Shown here piece by piece: positions 59,932 to 64,000 of a DNA stretch of 64,000 nt (position 1 is its first letter; the number at the start of each line of letters is the position of its first letter). The translations under genes were made by a program, and so were the position numbers. The stretch spans positions 1,984,001 to 2,048,000 of the forward strand of contig OY781945.1 of NCBI GenBank assembly GCA_963677435.1, given 5' to 3'. The notes under the pieces were generated by a model. The model was given only the letters and a program-made list of their open reading frames with translations. It made no database searches and was not told where the DNA came from. This stretch comes from an uncultured Aliarcobacter sp. (GTDB taxonomy: Bacteria > Campylobacterota > Campylobacteria > Campylobacterales > Arcobacteraceae).

Positions 59932-60326
59932 AATTTGAGCTAAAATTTGGTAAAATTTGCTTTGAATATCAAGCCCTAAGACAGGAGCGACTCTGCTAGT
60001 TCTTGAGGGCTGAGAAATAAAATTAGCAACTAACTTTTGTATATTCTTTGCTGTAACTTATGAACTTGGTCCTTACTTAGTCCCAACATAGTCCCTCATC
60101 ACTGTAATCTTCTTTTTATTTTATTATTTTTTTGTCTAAAATACAATATTAATATTTTTTTGGTTCCGACAGTGGTATAAAAAAATGGCTAAGTTTTTTT
60201 CTGTTTAGCTATTTCTATTTATTCCATTTTATGCTCAAATATCCTAAAAATGCTACTTTTTAGTCCTTGTCAGCCAGTAGTTTAGGGATAAAAACGGCTA
60301 AAAAACGGCTAAAATATTTTTTTATC

Positions 60327-61973
60327 CTAATTTTTAGCCATTTCCCAATATTTTCCACTATTTACTATCAAGCCATCTTTCCTGAGTTCTTGTAGGTAGT
60401 TTTTAATTTTGTTTTGTTTTTGTTCTGTTGTAAGTACATCTGGTAGTTTTTCCAACAGAGCTTTTATAAAATCTGACTTCTTGGCTTTTTTCGTGATTTT
60501 CAAATATTCTATCATCATTTTTTTTGCATATTCATCATTAATACCTTTTAGCCTAAGATACTCATCCTCTTGATTTGTATATTTCGCCACATTTGATGAT
60601 ATATGTAAATTTGGCCGTTTCCCTTCGATGAGATTTTTTGCTTTTAAAACTTTGACTTCATCAGCATTTAGGCTATGCTCTTTTTGCACTTTATCAAGTA
60701 AAATAATCTCTTCCAAAGAAAGTTCAGGAATTGTGGCTAGTTTTAAAGCATAGTTCATATCAAGCACTTTTCCCTCTATAGTTACTTTTACAGAGTCATT
60801 TGAAAGCTCATACTCAGGAAGTGGAAAGTATTTCTTACTTTGAATTGTAAACATCTTTACAATCCCACTACCTATAGTATCTATAAGATTTAGATTTATC
60901 ATCGCTTGAGCTAAGAATTTGTTTCTATATTTTATTTCTGGGGCATCGGTTTTTAGAACATTTTCAATAGTTTGAGGGATAAATGCCCCTTTGTTTGCAA
61001 AAACTAATTTTCTATCTTCAAACTCCACTACATTGATTTTTCCACCCATTGTATAGTCTTGATGAGCGATACAGTTATTGAGTGCTTCTCTTATTATAAA
61101 TGGATGATAGCTTTCAACTTCTTGTGGAAACAAAGAATTTCCATCCATATATCTGTACTTTAAATTTCTGATTTTGTTATAAACTGCTTCAAGACTTAAA
61201 ATAAATGGGCAAGTGAAGTGCTCATAATCTTTTGCAATATTATCTTTGTCTTTCAATATCCAGCTAATCTGAGCAACCGCAGGAGATAGCAAATATTCTG
61301 ATTCACTTTTACCAAGAAGCAATATTGCAGTATTTGTGATTTTACCTTTGATAGTTATCTTTGCTTTATTTAAAAAAGTAGTATCATCCCAAGCTTTTAT
61401 CTCATCAGCTAGTTTTGGATTTTTTATCGTATAAAGCTCCCTTGCTTTTTGTATCGCTTCACTTGATAAATCCGCGATTGTTGCATCTTCACATATTTGG
61501 ATACTCCAGTCAAAATCACTATTTTGGCTTCTGATTCTCTCTAACTCTTCAAGATTGAGCGGTTGAAGTTCTGAGCTATCTCTTCCGTAGTAATGACCCT
61601 TCCAAGCTATAGGAAGACCAAGCGGAGCTGATGGTATTTGAAATAAAACGACTCTTTTACCATCTAGCTCAGTTTCGTATATCTCTTTAAAAGTGATTCT
61701 ATTTGTGGTATGGTTGGCAACTTCTGCTTTTAGGTTGTGAAGTGATTTTGTATCAGCTCTAAAGTTGGTACCCACTACACTTTTATCATCTTTGATACCA
61801 AACACGAGCCATGCTTCACTTTTGCCTATGAGATTTGCTTCGTTTGAAAGTGCACTAAAATACTTGCCAATTTTGTCAAAATCATACTGATTTTTCGCTT
61901 CTTTGTACTCTAAAATCTCATTTTCATCATTTGTACTTAAAAATTGTTCGAGTTTTTTATCAATATCTATCAT
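60327..61973 (-). CDS. Schlafen/AlbA_2 domain + HATPase_c_4 + wHTH protein
   Basis: ENEILEYK, SALSN, LVFGIKDD..VVG, REALNNCIAHQDY, RN..LA, IDTIGSGI. Confidence 0.85.
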   Translation of the reverse strand: MIDIDKKLEQFLSTNDENEILEYKEAKNQYDFDKIGKYFSALSNEANLIGKSEAWLVFGIKDDKSVVGTNFRADTKSLHNLKAEVANHTTNRITFKEIYETELDGKRVVLFQIPSAPLGLPIAWKGHYYGRDSSELQPLNLEELERIRSQNSDFDWSIQICEDATIADLSSEAIQKARELYTIKNPKLADEIKAWDDTTFLNKAKITIKGKITNTAILLLGKSESEYLLSPAVAQISWILKDKDNIAKDYEHFTCPFILSLEAVYNKIRNLKYRYMDGNSLFPQEVESYHPFIIREALNNCIAHQDYTMGGKINVVEFEDRKLVFANKGAFIPQTIENVLKTDAPEIKYRNKFLAQAMINLNLIDTIGSGIVKMFTIQSKKYFPLPEYELSNDSVKVTIEGKVLDMNYALKLATIPELSLEEIILLDKVQKEHSLNADEVKVLKAKNLIEGKRPNLHISSNVAKYTNQEDEYLRLKGINDEYAKKMMIEYLKITKKAKKSDFIKALLEKLPDVLTTEQKQNKIKNYLQELRKDGLIVNSGKYWEMAKN

Positions 61974-61975
61974 AA

Positions 61976-62527
61976 TTAATTTACCTCTATATGTACTAAA
62001 TTATTGGTTTTTTTCTTATAATTATAGCTACCATTCTTTGTTATATAGTCTTTATTTTGGACTGTTGTATATCTATAAAATTCTTCATCTTTACTATCTT
62101 TTTTGCATATGCCTTTTATTCGTTTACTTTTCAAAAGTTTTAAATTACGATTTTTTTCACATTGTTTTAATTCTATTTTCAAACTATTTTCCGTATGAGT
62201 ATTTAATATTTCAAGTAAACAATTTTTAGGTCCATTCATAGGCTTATCACTTTCCTTTTTTAGTAAAGATCGAATCAATACTCCTCCGTACATAACTTCG
62301 TTGCTATCAAAACATATATCAAAACCATAACTATGAAAAAATATTTCACCAGCTTTTTGAATTCTTTTTATTACACTACAATCTCTGTGTTCAATTGAAT
62401 TAAAATATAATTCAACTTCTTCAAAAAAATATTCTTTCTCATTAACTTTGAGATAATGCCCATTTAGAAGTGTATTTATAAATGTATCTAATTTTTCAAC
62501 TTCAAAGTTATCAAACAAATTGCTCAT
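61976..62527 (-). CDS. AAG/MPG (3-methyladenine DNA glycosylase)-like protein
   Basis: EEVELY, AGEIF, YG, GVLIRSL, NGP, RIKGI and YRY occur in the order of AAG motifs ETEAY, AVLIRA, NGPGK, RIGI and WRF; start 62527 or 62533. Confidence 0.6.
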   Translation of the reverse strand: MSNLFDNFEVEKLDTFINTLLNGHYLKVNEKEYFFEEVELYFNSIEHRDCSVIKRIQKAGEIFFHSYGFDICFDSNEVMYGGVLIRSLLKKESDKPMNGPKNCLLEILNTHTENSLKIELKQCEKNRNLKLLKSKRIKGICKKDSKDEEFYRYTTVQNKDYITKNGSYNYKKKTNNLVHIEVN

Positions 62528-62529
62528 TC

Positions 62530-63348
62530 TCAACTCTTTGTCAAATCAGCTATAACAGCTTGTAAAACTTTCCAACTGATTTCTGCGGTATGTTTATTTG
62601 GATTAAAATTTTGCATTGCTTGCTGTCTTGGATGAATATAATTTCTAAACTCTTTCAGGCTATGACTATAATTTTTAATGTGGAGTTGAATATAACCTGT
62701 TTCATAAGCTACATTGATAAGATTATCAAGTGTCCACTCTGTAAGCTTTCTGATTTTTCCATCTTTTTCTTTTGGTGCAGATTTTGATGTATTAAATTTT
62801 TGTGGATTTTGAGTTGCTATATGAAGCAATAATCCCTCTAAAGTGCTACCACATAAAAAAATTACAGCAAGAGAAGCTTCACTATGAAGAGATTTTTTTA
62901 TCTCATCAAGTCTTTGATTAATTACTTCTTCAAATTGGAAATCTAATCCCAATGATGATAAATCAACTTTAGAAAACTCTTGTTTTAAAAATTCATTTTC
63001 CGTAAGTTCTTTATTGAGAATAGGTTCTTTATTTGTAATACCAAGTAAAGTGTTTATATAACCAAGAGCTAAAATTTTATCTTTATCCTCTATTGTTTCA
63101 GTTTGACTGGCTAGTTCTAAAAGTCCTTTTAATACACTTCCCACCATCTTATCATTTTCAAGTTCCCAAAACGCTCTTAGTCGTTTCATCTTTGAAGTAC
63201 CATGGATATAATATTTTTTAGAATCTATATTGACATGAAAATCTTTGAAAAATTCACTAAAAGTTCTATCTGTAAAATTTAATACATATCCACCTCTGTC
63301 AAAAAGTTTTTCAAACAGTTGTTTTTGATTAAAGTTGAGATTTGCCAT
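62530..63348 (-). CDS. AbiJ-type N-terminal domain + HEPN-like nuclease
   Basis: GGYVLNFTDRTFSEFF...SKMKRLRAFW (AbiJ_NTD3-like); LEGLL...RNYIHP (HEPN-type R..H motif). Confidence 0.7.
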   Translation of the reverse strand: MANLNFNQKQLFEKLFDRGGYVLNFTDRTFSEFFKDFHVNIDSKKYYIHGTSKMKRLRAFWELENDKMVGSVLKGLLELASQTETIEDKDKILALGYINTLLGITNKEPILNKELTENEFLKQEFSKVDLSSLGLDFQFEEVINQRLDEIKKSLHSEASLAVIFLCGSTLEGLLLHIATQNPQKFNTSKSAPKEKDGKIRKLTEWTLDNLINVAYETGYIQLHIKNYSHSLKEFRNYIHPRQQAMQNFNPNKHTAEISWKVLQAVIADLTKS

Positions 63349-64000
63349 TATAAAAACTCACTTCTAATGAAAGTAATTTTAGCTTTTTTCATTACTTGCC
63401 AATTGTCACATAATCCAGCATTCAAAACTTCATATACAAAAATCCAGTACTCATCAATATCATCTTTAAGTGTATTTGCCAAATCTCTATACTTTTTACC
63501 AATAGTTGTGCGATTAAAATTACTAGAAGAATTTAAATATTTTTTATCGTGTAAATATGCCAATAATAACAAAATAGCATCATTAGAATTTTCTACTTTT
63601 TCAAACAAATTGTCAATAAGTAAAAAATCATATTTCAAACTAAAAAATAGAGCATAACTCATCGCTTCATAAAGTTTTTTAGAGTTTCCAAGTTGAAATA
63701 AATCTTGTGAAATTTTTTCTATTTTGGACTTATCAATTGAAAAAGCAGTAAATATCTTATCATCAAGTAAAGGTAATAAATATGGATACAATAACACCAA
63801 ATGATGAACCGTTTTTATAAAATAATCTTTTGCATTTACTGTCATCTCTTTTTTTGCTAAAACTTTGATTGCATAATTTAAAATAGCACTATTTTCTTTA
63901 TTATGAAACATCAAATCAAGTGCAATATCAAGATAAGCTCTTACTTCACTTAGTTTCAATTTATCATCATTGGAAAAAATGAAAGAGTTTAATTTTCTAA
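63348..64000 (-). CDS. C-terminal helical region of a probable defence reverse transcriptase (Drt4/UG-Abi-like), 5' part outside window
   Basis: Frame open to the window edge (RKLNSF...); SAILNYAIKVL, LYPYL and DEYWIFVYE resemble DRT4-type C-termini from memory; the RT core is not visible. Confidence 0.5.
   Translation of the reverse strand, partial: RKLNSFIFSNDDKLKLSEVRAYLDIALDLMFHNKENSAILNYAIKVLAKKEMTVNAKDYFIKTVHHLVLLYPYLLPLLDDKIFTAFSIDKSKIEKISQDLFQLGNSKKLYEAMSYALFFSLKYDFLLIDNLFEKVENSNDAILLLLAYLHDKKYLNSSSNFNRTTIGKKYRDLANTLKDDIDEYWIFVYEVLNAGLCDNWQVMKKAKITFIRSEFL

Larger units (their letters stand above)
55900..64000. mobile_element. second integrated element / defence island (continues beyond window)
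   Basis: Starts at the broken tRNA-Leu; excisionase, Rep-like HTH, tyrosine recombinase and defence-type genes. Confidence 0.75.

Overview
AT-rich chromosomal window, most likely from an Arcobacteraceae member (Arcobacter/Aliarcobacter, Campylobacterota); this is inferred from gene content and order. The backbone carries trmL, purU, malic enzyme, an aspA/two-component/dicarboxylate-symporter module, pgeF, aroE, rnpB, lolA-secA-lolC/E, mltG, monomeric icd, a B12 glutamate-mutase/acyl-ligase operon, rsmH and hup. Two mobile elements interrupt it. (1) A ~17.1 kb filamentous (inovirus-like) prophage at 15369-32508 is integrated into the 3' end of the RNase P RNA gene and bounded by a 17-bp direct repeat. 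It has a full morphogenesis/rolling-circle/integrase core plus ~9 kb of cargo: a GNAT toxin-antitoxin-like pair, a dndCDE DNA-phosphorothioation module with no dndFGH, and a convergent run of genes for an Mrr-type membrane nuclease, a HARE-HTH/coiled-coil/TM protein, a MORC-type GHKL ATPase and a GIY-YIG-like protein. That run is the best candidate for an undescribed PT-linked defence system. (2) A second element starts at a tRNA-Leu gene broken at its anticodon arm (~55910), carries a complete divergent tRNA-Leu(CAA), and runs off the window end. It includes a tightly coupled operon: RT-like C-terminus, AbiJ-N/HEPN protein, AAG/MPG-like glycosylase and Schlafen/AlbA_2-HATPase. All calls come from reading motifs by eye; no database searches were run.
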